Source: an uncultured Syntrophomonadaceae bacterium (GTDB lineage: Bacteria; Bacillota; Dethiobacteria; DTU022). Taken from it: a DNA stretch of 64,000 nucleotides. Position numbers and translations under genes: made by a program. The stretch lies in contig CAYTXG010000006.1 of assembly GCA_964441025.1 (NCBI GenBank), positions 32,829 to 96,828 of the forward strand, in the 5' to 3' direction. This document shows positions 8,212-17,230 of this stretch, piece by piece (the first letter of the stretch is position 1; each line of letters begins with the position of its first letter). The notes beneath the pieces are model-generated. The model saw only the letters and a program-made list of their open reading frames with translations. It did not search any database and was not told where the DNA came from.

Positions 8212-9013
8212 GCGAATCGCAGATGCATGGAACAAGATCGAGCCGGACAGCGACGCCGACAGGCGGATGCTGGCGGCAATCTTGAGCGACAACCGCTCTG
8301 AAAAAAGCAGAAGGGGGAGAGCAGGTGCGATGAACAGAAAAATTAACTGGAAAGTGCTGGCCCCTGTTGCCGCCTGCCTGGTGCTGGCCCTGGCCATCGC
8401 CGTACCGCTTTTTTCAGGCGGCGGGAACAGCTTTGACCTCAAGCGGTCAAGGGGCGTGAAAGTTGCCCATGTGCATAAGCTCCGGACACCGGCAGTTCCC
8501 AAAGCTGATCTCACGGTATTGACGGAAGAGGAGCTTTTCGGGGAAACATTTCGGGATTACGAGGTGGTCGCTTTCGAGGGAACCATCGTAGAGGTCCGCA
8601 ACATTGTCTGCGACTACAGCGGGGCCAAGGATTACCGCGCTATCGCCACCATCGAGGTGCAGGAGGTGCTGCGCGGAAACCTAACGACAGGAGCAACAGT
8701 CACGGTTCTCCTGCCCGGCCCCGTTGATGTAAAGGGGCTGTGGATTGAAGACACCGGCGTCTCCTCACATATGAGGGCGGGGACCAGGGGTATCTTTATG
8801 CCCATCAGATATGATGAAACATCAATCCGCGAAGAGAATGGCGTGAAACTCGCCCTGCTCGATCTGGCCGCATACGGACTTCTCGACGGCGAGCGCTGGG
8901 CCTTTCTCGAAACCGCAGAGGGGCTGACCTACTACACCTGGGCCTACCCGTCACTGGCGGGCGCAAAAAATCTGGAGGAGGTAAAAGAGATCATCCTTCC
9001 GAAACTCAAATAG
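8201..9013 (+). CDS. Anti-sigma factor (single-pass membrane protein) cognate to the ECF sigma
   Basis: Its start overlaps the sigma-gene stop. It has a short N-terminal cytoplasmic helix (MKHRRIADAWNKIEPD), a TM segment (WKVLAPVAACLVLALAIAV) and an extracytoplasmic domain of about 200 aa. Confidence 0.8.
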   Translation: MKHRRIADAWNKIEPDSDADRRMLAAILSDNRSEKSRRGRAGAMNRKINWKVLAPVAACLVLALAIAVPLFSGGGNSFDLKRSRGVKVAHVHKLRTPAVPKADLTVLTEEELFGETFRDYEVVAFEGTIVEVRNIVCDYSGAKDYRAIATIEVQEVLRGNLTTGATVTVLLPGPVDVKGLWIEDTGVSSHMRAGTRGIFMPIRYDETSIREENGVKLALLDLAAYGLLDGERWAFLETAEGLTYYTWAYPSLAGAKNLEEVKEIILPKLK

Positions 9014-9021
9014 CTTTAAGC

Positions 9022-9062
9022 TGGAGAAGCTCTGAAAGCGGCAGTTACGCCGCTTTCAGAGC
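9022..9062. terminator. Strong bidirectional intrinsic terminator after the sigma/anti-sigma operon
   Basis: A perfect 17-bp inverted repeat, GAAGCTCTGAAAGCGGC-agtta-GCCGCTTTCAGAGCTTC, followed by TTTACC. Confidence 0.7.
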
Positions 9063-9206
9063 TTCTTTACCGGAACGCCTGTACAGGTGGCCGCTCCCGT
9101 TTTTTCCATTGCAGCATTATGCATACGCATGCCTCCGGAAACATCAACGCTCCCTGCTCCGGATCCCAATCAATCTATTTGATCGGATATACCTTGAATC
9201 TATAAT

Positions 9207-9256
9207 ACCATGAAAAAAGGACATAAGATCTCCTTGCCGGAAATCCTATGTCCTTT
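9207..9256 (-). terminator. Rho-independent terminator downstream of the minus-strand tRNA cluster
   Basis: On the minus strand, AAAAGGACATAGG...CTTATGTCCTTTTTTT is a hairpin plus a U-run directly after the tRNA-Arg 3' end. Confidence 0.6.
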
Positions 9257-9334
9257 TGGTGCGCCCGGCAGGATTTGAACCTGCGACCTCCTGATTCGTA
9301 GTCAGTTACTCTATCCGGACTGAGCTACGGGCGC
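9257..9334 (-). tRNA. tRNA-Arg (anticodon ACG, the TadA substrate)
   Basis: The reverse complement GCGCCCGTAGCTCAGTCCGGATAGAGTAACTGACTACGAATCAG...GGTTCAAATCCTGCCGGGCGCACCA has anticodon loop CT-ACG-AA, homologous to Bacillus tRNA-Arg(ACG). Confidence 0.88.
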
Positions 9335-9337
9335 ATG

Positions 9338-9431
9338 TGGCGGAGAGAGAGGGATTCGAACCCTCGAAGCAGGCTTTTACCCACTTAATCGCTTAGCAGG
9401 CGACCGCCTTCAACCTCTCGGCCATCTCTCC
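9338..9431 (-). tRNA. tRNA-Ser (anticodon GCT)
   Basis: The reverse complement GGAGAGATGGCCGAGAGGTTGAAGGCGGTCGCCTGCTAAGCGAT...long variable arm...GGGTTCGAATCCCTCTCTCTCCGCCA has anticodon loop cT-GCT-aa. Confidence 0.9.
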
Positions 9432-9446
9432 GTGCTGCCTCTATTT

Positions 9447-9533
9447 TGGCGGAGGGGGTGGGATTCGAACCCACGGCCCTTTCGGGTCACCGGTTTTCAA
9501 GACCGGCTCCTTCAACCGCTCGGACACCCCTCC
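9447..9533 (-). tRNA. tRNA-Ser (anticodon TGA)
   Basis: The reverse complement GGAGGGGTGTCCGAGCGGTTGAAGGAGCCGGTCTTGAAAACCGGT...GGGTTCGAATCCCACCCCCTCCGCCA has anticodon loop cT-TGA-aa. Confidence 0.9.
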
Positions 9534-9564
9534 AGCAGGCGGTTATTCATGCAAAAATAGTATA

Positions 9565-9594
9565 GCAAAGGTGCAAATCCTTGTCAACTTGCCG
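9565..9594 (-). promoter_or_regulatory. Sigma-A promoter for the tRNA-Ser/Ser/Arg operon
   Basis: On the minus strand: TTGACA, a 17-nt spacer, then TATACT, about 30 nt upstream of the tRNA-Ser(TGA) 5' end. Confidence 0.6.
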
Positions 9595-9801
9595 CAAATA
9601 AACGTCCGACCCCTGCCGACAGGCAGACGGTGTCATTGTATAAATCATCTTGATCTCTGCCGGGAGAGGAGCCGGTAAGCACCCTAATTGACCCTCTGTC
9701 TCAAGGCCCGCCATCCCGCCGCCCGCAGGGCGGAACGCGGCCCGCTTCTGTGCTCCGGCAGCTCAAAGTGGGACAAACACGACCGTCCCCAGTGTCCCAG
9801 G

Positions 9802-11079
9802 TTAGGGCGCGGCAATCCTATCGCGGCCGCCGAAATAGGGGCGCAGCACTTCGGGCAAGATCACGCTGCCATCTTCCTGCTGGTTATTTTCCAGGATCGC
9901 CGCAACAGTCCGTCCGATAGCCACTCCCGAGCCGTTCAGGGTATGCACGAACTGCGCTTTCTGGCCCGGCGCGGGACGGTAGCGGATCCCGGCGCGGCGA
10001 GCCTGAAAATCAGTGAAATTGCTGCAGGAAGAGATTTCCCGGTAGGTCCCGGCCGAGGGTAACCATACCTCCAGATCATATTTTTTCGCCGCGGCAAAGC
10101 CGAGATCGCCGCTGCACATGAGCATGACCCGGTAGGGCAGCCCCAGGAGCTGCAGCACTTTTTCTGCGTTGCTGGTCAGGCTCTCCAGCTCTCCGGGCGA
10201 GCTTTCGGGCAGCACGAACTTGACGAGCTCGACCTTGTTGAACTGGTGCTGGCGGATGAGGCCGCGGGTGTCGCGGCCGTGGGCTCCCGCTTCGGAGCGA
10301 AAGCAGGCGCTGTAGGCCACGTAGCGCAGGGGCAGCAGCGCGGCGTCAATAATCTCATCCCGGTGCAGGTTGGTAACCGGCACCTCGGCGGTTGGAATAA
10401 GGTAATAATCGGCGCCTTCAACCTTGAAAGCATCTTCGGCGAACTTGGGCAGCTGTCCCGTACCGGTCATACTTCCTGAATTGACCAGAAAAGGGGGAAA
10501 GATCTCGCAGTAACCGTGCTCACCTGTATGCAGATCGAGCATGAAGTTGATCAGGGCCCGCTCCAGCCTGGCTCCATCGCCACGGTAAAGGGCAAAACGG
10601 CTGCCTGCAATTTTCCCTGCCCTGGGAAAGTCGAGGATGCCCAACGCTTCGCCGATATCCCAGTGCGGGCGCGGTGAAAAGGTAAATTCAGGCGGCCGGC
10701 TCCAGGCGCGCACCTCCTGGTTATCGGCTTCATCCCGGCCGGGAGGCACTTCGGGATCAGGGATGTTGGGCAGGCGCAGCAAGATTTGCTCCATCCCGGC
10801 GTCAATCCCGCGCAGTTCCTCGTCAAGCTCCTTGATTTTCCCCGACACCTGCCGCATCTCTTCTTTTTTCTGCTGCACTGCAGTACGGTCCCCTCCGGCC
10901 AGGCCGATCTCCTTTGAAACCCGGTTGCGCAGCCGCTTCATCCCATCGGCCTGCTGCAGCAGCCGGCGGCGCTCCTGATCCAGCTCCAGGAGCCTAACCA
11001 GGTCTGCCGGCTCATTTTTTTGAGCCATCGCCTCTTTAACTTTTTCGGGGTATTCCCGGACAAATTTTATATCGAGCAT
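9802..11079 (-). CDS. serS: Seryl-tRNA synthetase
   Basis: 425 aa. It has an N-terminal coiled-coil arm ([22 protein letters not shown]...) and the class II core motifs (...[25 protein letters not shown]..., [15 protein letters not shown]). Only 36 nt separate it from the upstream argS stop. Confidence 0.95.
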   Translation of the reverse strand: MLDIKFVREYPEKVKEAMAQKNEPADLVRLLELDQERRRLLQQADGMKRLRNRVSKEIGLAGGDRTAVQQKKEEMRQVSGKIKELDEELRGIDAGMEQILLRLPNIPDPEVPPGRDEADNQEVRAWSRPPEFTFSPRPHWDIGEALGILDFPRAGKIAGSRFALYRGDGARLERALINFMLDLHTGEHGYCEIFPPFLVNSGSMTGTGQLPKFAEDAFKVEGADYYLIPTAEVPVTNLHRDEIIDAALLPLRYVAYSACFRSEAGAHGRDTRGLIRQHQFNKVELVKFVLPESSPGELESLTSNAEKVLQLLGLPYRVMLMCSGDLGFAAAKKYDLEVWLPSAGTYREISSCSNFTDFQARRAGIRYRPAPGQKAQFVHTLNGSGVAIGRTVAAILENNQQEDGSVILPEVLRPYFGGRDRIAAP

Positions 11080-11115
11080 CAGACCAAAACCTCCGACAAT
11101 TAATCGCGCCGCCTT

Positions 11116-12825
11116 TTACATCTCTTCCGGGGCGGCGATGCCGAGCAGCCCCAGGCCGCTTTCGAGAACCCGGCGCACGGCGGCAATGAGAATCAGGCGC
11201 GCCTGCCGCAGATGGGGATCGTCAACAAGAACGGGACACTCGTGGTAAAAACGGTTGAAATCACGGGCTACATCGATGAGATAGCGTGCCAGAATGGAGG
11301 GGCGGTAGCCCTCGGCGGAGGCCGTAATTTTCCCCGGATATGCAGCCAGGGTTTTCACCAGGGCCTTCTCCTCCGCCTGCCCCAGAAAGCCGGCGGCCTC
11401 CCCGGACCAGTCGGGAGAGGCGGTGCCGGCGCGGCGGAGGATGCTGCAGATGCGGGCATGGGCGTACTGGATATAGGCCGCTGTCTCGCCGGAGAAATCG
11501 AGCACCTTCTCCCAGTCAAATTCTACATCCTTGATCCGGTCATTGCTCAGGTCGCCAAAGCGGACCGCCCCAAGCCCGACGGCTTTCGCTGCGCTTTCCT
11601 TATCGGCCAGATCGGGGTTCTTCTCCTCAATAATCTTACGGGCCAGGCTAATGGAGCGCTGAAGCACTTCATCCAAAAGGATCATTTTCCCTTCGCGGGT
11701 GGACATCCGCCCCTCCTTGAAGCGGATCAGGCCAAAGGGGATATGAATACAGTCGCGGGCCCAGGGGAAACCAAGGAGCTCCAGAATCTTGACAAGCTGC
11801 TGGAAATGCAGTTTCTGCTCCGCCCCCACCACATAGAGCGCCTTTACAAAATGAAAGGTGCGCTGCCGGTACTGCGCCGCCGCCAGATCCCTGGTCAGAT
11901 AGAGAGTAGCCCCATCTTTCTTGCGCAGCATGGCCGGCGGAAGGCCGTATTTTTCCAGATCCACGATGAGGGCGCCTTCGCTTTCAGTGGCCACCCCTTT
12001 TTCTTGAACCAGCCGGATGGCGTCGTCGAGCATATCGTTGTAATGGCTCTCGCCGTGATAGTAATCGAATTTTATGCCCAGAAGGTTGTAAATCTGATCG
12101 TAATTTTCCAGGCTGAGACGGCGGAAAAGTTCCCAGAAGTCAACAGCCTCCTTCTCGCCGTCTTCAAGTCGCTTGAACCAATGCCGGGCCTCCTCTTCAA
12201 GCGAGACATCTGAATCGGCCTCCTGGTGAAAGCGTACATAGAGGTGATAGAGATAGTTGACGGGATCTTTCTGCAGTTTTTCACCGTCGCCCCAGCGTTT
12301 GAAGGCTACAATCATCTTCCCAAACTGTGTGCCCCAGTCTCCCAGATGGTTGACGCCCAGGCAGCGATATCCCTGGGCCTCAAGAATCAAGGACAGGGCA
12401 TGGCCAATGACGGTTGAGCGTATATGCCCGATTCCAAAGGGCTTGCATATATTGGGCGAGGAATAGTCTATAACGATGACTCCTTCTCCGCCGCGATCGC
12501 TTTTGCCGTACCCCGGCCCTTCATCATAGATCCGTTTTAGAAGATCACGGCTGAAAACAGGATAGTCAAAGTGGAAATTCAGGTAAGGCCCCCTGGAGGA
12601 AGCCCTTTCCCAGAATACTCCCCGTTTGCCGGAAAGGGACTCGCCCAGTTCTGCGGCAATTGCCGCCGGCGATTTCTTTTGACGGGCAGCCAGGCTGAAA
12701 CAGGGAAAAGCCAGATCGCCGAGTTCAGGGTCAGGCGGCTCTTCCAGGAGCTCCGCCACCCGGGTTTCTTCAAGCATGACCAGCGGCGCCAGAATCTGGC
12801 CAATCTCTTTTTTATAGTGATCCAT
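11116..12825 (-). CDS. argS: Arginyl-tRNA synthetase
   Basis: 569 aa. It has the class I HIGH motif (PFGIGHIRSTVIGHALS), a KMSK-like region (GRMSTREGK) and the C-terminal DALR anticodon-binding domain. Confidence 0.95.
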   Translation of the reverse strand: MDHYKKEIGQILAPLVMLEETRVAELLEEPPDPELGDLAFPCFSLAARQKKSPAAIAAELGESLSGKRGVFWERASSRGPYLNFHFDYPVFSRDLLKRIYDEGPGYGKSDRGGEGVIVIDYSSPNICKPFGIGHIRSTVIGHALSLILEAQGYRCLGVNHLGDWGTQFGKMIVAFKRWGDGEKLQKDPVNYLYHLYVRFHQEADSDVSLEEEARHWFKRLEDGEKEAVDFWELFRRLSLENYDQIYNLLGIKFDYYHGESHYNDMLDDAIRLVQEKGVATESEGALIVDLEKYGLPPAMLRKKDGATLYLTRDLAAAQYRQRTFHFVKALYVVGAEQKLHFQQLVKILELLGFPWARDCIHIPFGLIRFKEGRMSTREGKMILLDEVLQRSISLARKIIEEKNPDLADKESAAKAVGLGAVRFGDLSNDRIKDVEFDWEKVLDFSGETAAYIQYAHARICSILRRAGTASPDWSGEAAGFLGQAEEKALVKTLAAYPGKITASAEGYRPSILARYLIDVARDFNRFYHECPVLVDDPHLRQARLILIAAVRRVLESGLGLLGIAAPEEM

Positions 12826-12856
12826 TTCCGACCGCCTCGTTTCTGCCTTTTATCAT

Positions 12857-12885
12857 ATTTTAGCCCAAATACAGTTAAATGACAA
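12857..12885 (-). promoter_or_regulatory. Sigma-A promoter for argS-serS (no T-box leader)
   Basis: On the minus strand: TTGTCA, a 17-nt spacer, then TAAAAT, about 30 nt upstream of the argS ATG. The leader is under 140 nt, which is too short for a T-box riboswitch. Confidence 0.5.
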
Positions 12886-12959
12886 CGCATATGGCAGGAT
12901 CGGGGGAAAAGCGTCTCCCTGGAAGAGGTTCCGCAATAACAATTGATGACAATTATTCC

Positions 12960-15011
12960 CTAAAACTCGGGGTTGATGTGGTAGGGCCTGTAAATACTGC
13001 GGTCCAGGGAGGGATAGTCCTGCGGCGGCGACCATTTCTCACCTTCCACATATATTTCCATGTGAAGGCTGTCGCTGTTTCCAGCAGCCGTCAGGAAAAG
13101 GGCATCCAGAACCATCGCCGCATGCAGCTGCTCTTCAACTCCCCCGTCTTCGGGGAATAGCATGCGGAAGGAGGAATTTAAGTCGACCCTGAGTACATTG
13201 TCCGCCTCGCTAACTTCAATAAGATTGAGATCGCCCGGCACAAAATAGAATGACCGGCACTGTTTCACAACAGCCATGAGCAGGCCGTCGAGATCGCGCT
13301 GCTCGATTTCAAGTTCGGAAGCCTCTCTGGGAATAATGTAATAGCGCTCACTGATCCGCACAGGGATGAAAAGAGGATCTTTCCAGTGATGCGGCTGTAT
13401 GGGTTGCTCTAAAACCACGCCGTTGCCGAATGTTTCAAGGGGCTCTTTGCCCGCTGTAATGTATATTTCTTTGACTTCAGCAAAGGATCCGATTGTATAG
13501 CTAAGCGAATTTATTACACTTAAAGGCTGGTAAGCACCGGTCATCCCGGCCATTTCAGGCGAAAGCGCCAGAAATAGCTGCCCGCTTTCTTTTTTAAAGG
13601 TAACCTCCACTGCGGCATCCTTGGGAATGGTCCGGTTCAGACCGCTTTCGCGGGAGGGGCCGCGGATCAACTCCTCAATTGCAGTCCTGAGCGGGTTATC
13701 GGTCTGGCTGATCAACCTGGAAACGGGAATATAATAATCATCGCTGTTGAAGAAAAGGGTAACCGCCAAACGGCCTTTCTCCAAATCGGTAACGGCAGGG
13801 CTGTATAACGGAGCCGGCGCCTGGCTCTGCGCATTGTCCCGGAACAGCTCCGCATCCAGATCAATGACGTCAATAAAGCCGTCCTCTCCGCCGATGACAA
13901 TGTAACGGCGGCTGCTGGAGACGAGCAGCCGCTCTACACGCATTCCCAGCTCCAGATTTACCGGGAGCGCTTCACCTGTTTCATCAAGGAAAACCATCTG
14001 GCTGAAATCTTCTTTATAGTGGCGCCAGGAACTGGTGATAATCCTGTTGCCGTCTGCCGCGAAAGACAGCAGCGCCCCTTCGGCTATTTTTTTCCTCCAG
14101 AGATCTTTCCCCTCGGCGCTGAAATAGTAAAGGTTTTCATTCTGCCTGTCTTCGCTTCCGTAAAGAAGAAGGTTGCTGTTCTGGGGATTGAACATCACCG
14201 TCGTTGTGTTAAAGCCGGCGGGCAACGTCCGCTCCCAGAGCACCTCCCCCTGGGATCTGCAGACGATAAGCGAAGTGCTGTCTAGCAGGGCCAGCCTGCT
14301 TTCAGTGCGAGAGATGGCCTCCAGGGTAACCCCCTCCCTCACCCACAAGTTCTCTCCCGTTAACGCAGCAGCAGCGGTGGCCGCTGTACCCTCCTGCTCG
14401 TAGCTGTAAAATACAAGACCCCGGTTCAGCTGCTCTCCGGCCAGGTATATCTTCTGCAACGGGCCGGTGGCTATGCTCCATTGAAGGGATCCATTATGAC
14501 CATCATAAAGCTCCAGGTGATGTATGTCCTGTTCCGGGGCGCCCCTGGCAACAAGAACCCATTTACCGTTGGCGGACAGCGTCACAAGGTAAACGGATTC
14601 TTCCAGCTCCTGCTGCCACCAGACCTGCTGATCGGCAGACATGAAAAACAGATCCCCGCCTTCAGTGCCCACCGCCAGGTAGTTCCCGCAGGCGGAAATC
14701 TTTGTCTGCAGCGGGCTGGTCGGAAAACTCTTTTCCCAACGCAGTTTCCGTTCGCGGTCCAGCAGACTGACTTTTTTTGACTCGCTGCCAAATATGATTC
14801 CTGTAACATTGCGATCAACGCTCAGATCAAGAAGGTTGGCGCCGGTAAACCAGAGTTCAAAGAGATCCTCCTTATCTGTACCGCCCAGCGGTTCGATGGG
14901 GTCTCCATGCTTCATCAATGTCAGGCCGCGAGCGCTGTACAGAATCATCCCGGCGATCACAAAGATAGCAGCCAGGCCGATGAGGAAATAGTATGGTTCA
15001 ATCCGTTTCAT
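12960..15011 (-). CDS. LpqB-like membrane-anchored protein with a PQQ/BamB-like beta-propeller plus two GerMN domains
   Basis: 683 aa. The N-terminal TM segment is FLIGLAAIFVIAGMILY. The central part has about 6 to 7 repeats with the pattern L(W/Y)xxxL...G (LQWSIATG, ENLWVREG, GEVLWERTL, GKDLWRKKI), typical of PQQ-like propeller blades. The C-terminal half has two GerMN-like modules (LFFNSDDYYIPVSRL...AIEELIRGP...LSPEMAG and a second copy). It lies immediately downstream of the HK/RR pair, as LpqB does after MtrAB. Confidence 0.7.
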   Translation of the reverse strand: MKRIEPYYFLIGLAAIFVIAGMILYSARGLTLMKHGDPIEPLGGTDKEDLFELWFTGANLLDLSVDRNVTGIIFGSESKKVSLLDRERKLRWEKSFPTSPLQTKISACGNYLAVGTEGGDLFFMSADQQVWWQQELEESVYLVTLSANGKWVLVARGAPEQDIHHLELYDGHNGSLQWSIATGPLQKIYLAGEQLNRGLVFYSYEQEGTAATAAAALTGENLWVREGVTLEAISRTESRLALLDSTSLIVCRSQGEVLWERTLPAGFNTTTVMFNPQNSNLLLYGSEDRQNENLYYFSAEGKDLWRKKIAEGALLSFAADGNRIITSSWRHYKEDFSQMVFLDETGEALPVNLELGMRVERLLVSSSRRYIVIGGEDGFIDVIDLDAELFRDNAQSQAPAPLYSPAVTDLEKGRLAVTLFFNSDDYYIPVSRLISQTDNPLRTAIEELIRGPSRESGLNRTIPKDAAVEVTFKKESGQLFLALSPEMAGMTGAYQPLSVINSLSYTIGSFAEVKEIYITAGKEPLETFGNGVVLEQPIQPHHWKDPLFIPVRISERYYIIPREASELEIEQRDLDGLLMAVVKQCRSFYFVPGDLNLIEVSEADNVLRVDLNSSFRMLFPEDGGVEEQLHAAMVLDALFLTAAGNSDSLHMEIYVEGEKWSPPQDYPSLDRSIYRPYHINPEF

Positions 15012-15098
15012 AAGATAACACCTTTACAGGGATCCAACGAATTAATTAATTCTATCATTAATTCAGAACCATGACTATAAAGGCTGCTAAAATATACA

Positions 15099-16529
15099 TT
15101 AATTATCGTTAACATCCTCCTTCAGCAGCAGCGGCAGGGTGAAATAAAAAGCACTCCCTTCGCCCTCCTTGCTACCGGCCCACACCCTGCCTCCATGCGC
15201 CTCCACTGTTTCCCGGACAATGGCCAGGCCCAGCCCCGTGCCTCCCATTTCCCGGGAACGGGCCCGGTCAACCCGGAAAAATCGCTCAAAAATGAAGGGG
15301 AGATCCTTTTCCGGTATGCCGCATCCGGTATCCTCAACTTTTATTTCCACCGCTTCCCCCTCTCTCCAGAGCGACAATTTAACCCATCCCCCCGGTGGAG
15401 TGTACTTCAGGGCATTATCCAGGAGGTTGTGCAGCACCTGGCATAACTGGAGTTTGGAACCGGCGATGGGGTAGCTCCCCGTCGGCACATCGCTAAGCAG
15501 CCTCACATTTTGCCGGTCAAAACGGGGTGCAGCCTGCCTTATCAGATCACGAACAAGCTCATCAAAAGCAAGCCCTTCATGGTGGGCTTCCCCGCCTTCA
15601 AGGGTGGTCAGCTCCAACAGATCCCGGACCAGGGCAACTAGCCGCTCCATTTCGCGGTCAAGATCATCCAGGAACTCCCGCTGCTGCTCCGGCTCCATCT
15701 CATAATCCTTGAGCGATCTGGTCAGCAGGCTGAGCGAAGCCAGGGGGGTGCGCAGTTCATGCGCCACATTGGCAACAAATTTACGCAAATTTTGAGTATA
15801 ATAATCAAGCTTCTCCGCCATCAGGTTAAACCTGTCGGCAAGCCGACCGATCTCATCCTCCGACTTCACCGGAATACGCTGCTCCAGTTTTCCCTCGGCC
15901 ATCTTTCCTGCCGCTTCTGTAAGTATCTCCAGGGGGCCGGTAAAGCGTTGAGCCATGAAGACCGCGCCGATTCCAGTCATTACAGCTGCAAGCAGGGTGG
16001 CCAGTATGAGAAAGCCCCGGATATCAGCCATGATCTTATCGATCTCCTGCAGGGAGGCGGAAAGAAAAACAGCCCCCACCGGCTTCTCTTCTTCATCCAG
16101 CACGGGCAAAGCCACCTGCATAACCTTCTGTTTCGACAGCTCGCTGTATTGAATGCTAATACCGGTTTCACCGGCAAAGGCGGCAGCTACCTCCTCACGG
16201 TCAAGGAGCTGCCCCAGCAGCCCGCCCACCCGGACAGAGTCTCCGATAACAATCCCCTTTTTATTGACAAAAATAACTCGAGCCTTCATCTGGCGGCTGA
16301 AATTTTCCGCCAGCCAGCTCAGGCGAACGGGATCAGCCTCCTCCTGGAGCTGCCCGGCTACGAACTGCCCTGCCAGGGCTCCCGAGCGGATCAGGTTGTC
16401 CTGCAGGGCATTAATATAATAGCGTCCCATCACCTGATCCAGAAAAAAAGCGACGATGAGCATAACTGCCAAAATCGCCACCAAAAAAGTAACCGTGAGG
16501 CGGGAGCGGATGCTTTTGAATTTAAACAT
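15099..16529 (-). CDS. Sensor histidine kinase (WalK/MtrB-like: 2 TM, periplasmic loop, HAMP, HisKA, HATPase)
   Basis: It has TM1 LTVTFLVAILAVMLIVAFFL, a loop of about 150 aa, TM2 FLILATLLAAVMTGIGAVFMA, a HAMP domain, the H-box VANVAHELRTPLASL, an N-box LLDNALKYT and G-boxes DTGCGIP and GGTGLGLAIV. I placed the start at MFKFK, which overlaps the RR stop (ATGA). The track ORF starts at 16565. Confidence 0.9.
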   Translation of the reverse strand: MFKFKSIRSRLTVTFLVAILAVMLIVAFFLDQVMGRYYINALQDNLIRSGALAGQFVAGQLQEEADPVRLSWLAENFSRQMKARVIFVNKKGIVIGDSVRVGGLLGQLLDREEVAAAFAGETGISIQYSELSKQKVMQVALPVLDEEEKPVGAVFLSASLQEIDKIMADIRGFLILATLLAAVMTGIGAVFMAQRFTGPLEILTEAAGKMAEGKLEQRIPVKSEDEIGRLADRFNLMAEKLDYYTQNLRKFVANVAHELRTPLASLSLLTRSLKDYEMEPEQQREFLDDLDREMERLVALVRDLLELTTLEGGEAHHEGLAFDELVRDLIRQAAPRFDRQNVRLLSDVPTGSYPIAGSKLQLCQVLHNLLDNALKYTPPGGWVKLSLWREGEAVEIKVEDTGCGIPEKDLPFIFERFFRVDRARSREMGGTGLGLAIVRETVEAHGGRVWAGSKEGEGSAFYFTLPLLLKEDVNDN

Positions 16530-17224
16530 CAAAGTTCCTCTCTGAATTTGTAACCTGTTCCCCACACCGTCAGGATCAACCGGGGGTTGCTTGGATCCTC
16601 CTCGATTTTTTCGCGCAGATGCCGTATATGAACATCTACAGTTCGGGCATCTCCATAATAATTGTAACCCCAGATCTGCTCCAGGAGCTGTTCCCTTGAG
16701 TAAACCCGGCCTGCATTGGAGGCCAGAAAACTCAAGAGGGCAAATTCTTTTGCCGTCAGGTCTACATCCCTCTCGCCTTTGATTACCCGGTGCTGCAGGA
16801 GGTCAATCTGCAGTTCTCCGATTTGAATCCTTTTGCGCAGCCCCTCATCCCTGGCGGCGCTGCGCCTTAAAATGGCCTTCATCCGGGCGACAAGTTCCCG
16901 GGGGTTAAAGGGCTTGGTCATGTAATCGTCAGCGCCCAGCTCCAGGCCGAGGACCTTGTCAATGTCCTCACCCTTTGCGGTCAGCATGATGATGGGGATC
17001 TCTTCTTTTTTGCGAATTTCCCGGCAAACCTCGAAACCGTCCAGGCCCGGCAGCATCAGATCGAGAATAATAATATCCGGGGCCGCTTCAAAGGCCTTCT
17101 CCAGCGCTTCTTCACCGTTGTAGGCCTCTTCAACAAGGAAGCCTTCCTTTTCAAGGTTGAATTTCAATGCCTTAACCAGGGTTTTTTCGTCATCCACTAA
17201 AAGAACTTTCTTTTGGGCGGACAT
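16529..17224 (-). CDS. OmpR-family response regulator (WalR/MtrA-like)
   Basis: The receiver domain is KKVLLVDDE...IIILDLMLPGLDGFEV...[41 protein letters not shown]. It has a winged-helix C-terminus. It is about 65% identical to the second RR at 58308-59000. Confidence 0.92.
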   Translation of the reverse strand: MSAQKKVLLVDDEKTLVKALKFNLEKEGFLVEEAYNGEEALEKAFEAAPDIIILDLMLPGLDGFEVCREIRKKEEIPIIMLTAKGEDIDKVLGLELGADDYMTKPFNPRELVARMKAILRRSAARDEGLRKRIQIGELQIDLLQHRVIKGERDVDLTAKEFALLSFLASNAGRVYSREQLLEQIWGYNYYGDARTVDVHIRHLREKIEEDPSNPRLILTVWGTGYKFREEL

Positions 17225-17230
17225 ACACTT

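Noticed and set aside
11212-12213. 333-aa plus-strand ORF
   Set aside because: It lies entirely antisense within argS, which has HIGH/KMSK/DALR motifs on the minus strand. It is a long open antisense frame typical of high-GC DNA.
15759-16553. 264-aa plus-strand ORF
   Set aside because: It is antisense inside the histidine kinase gene. It has no motifs and the sense strand is unambiguous.
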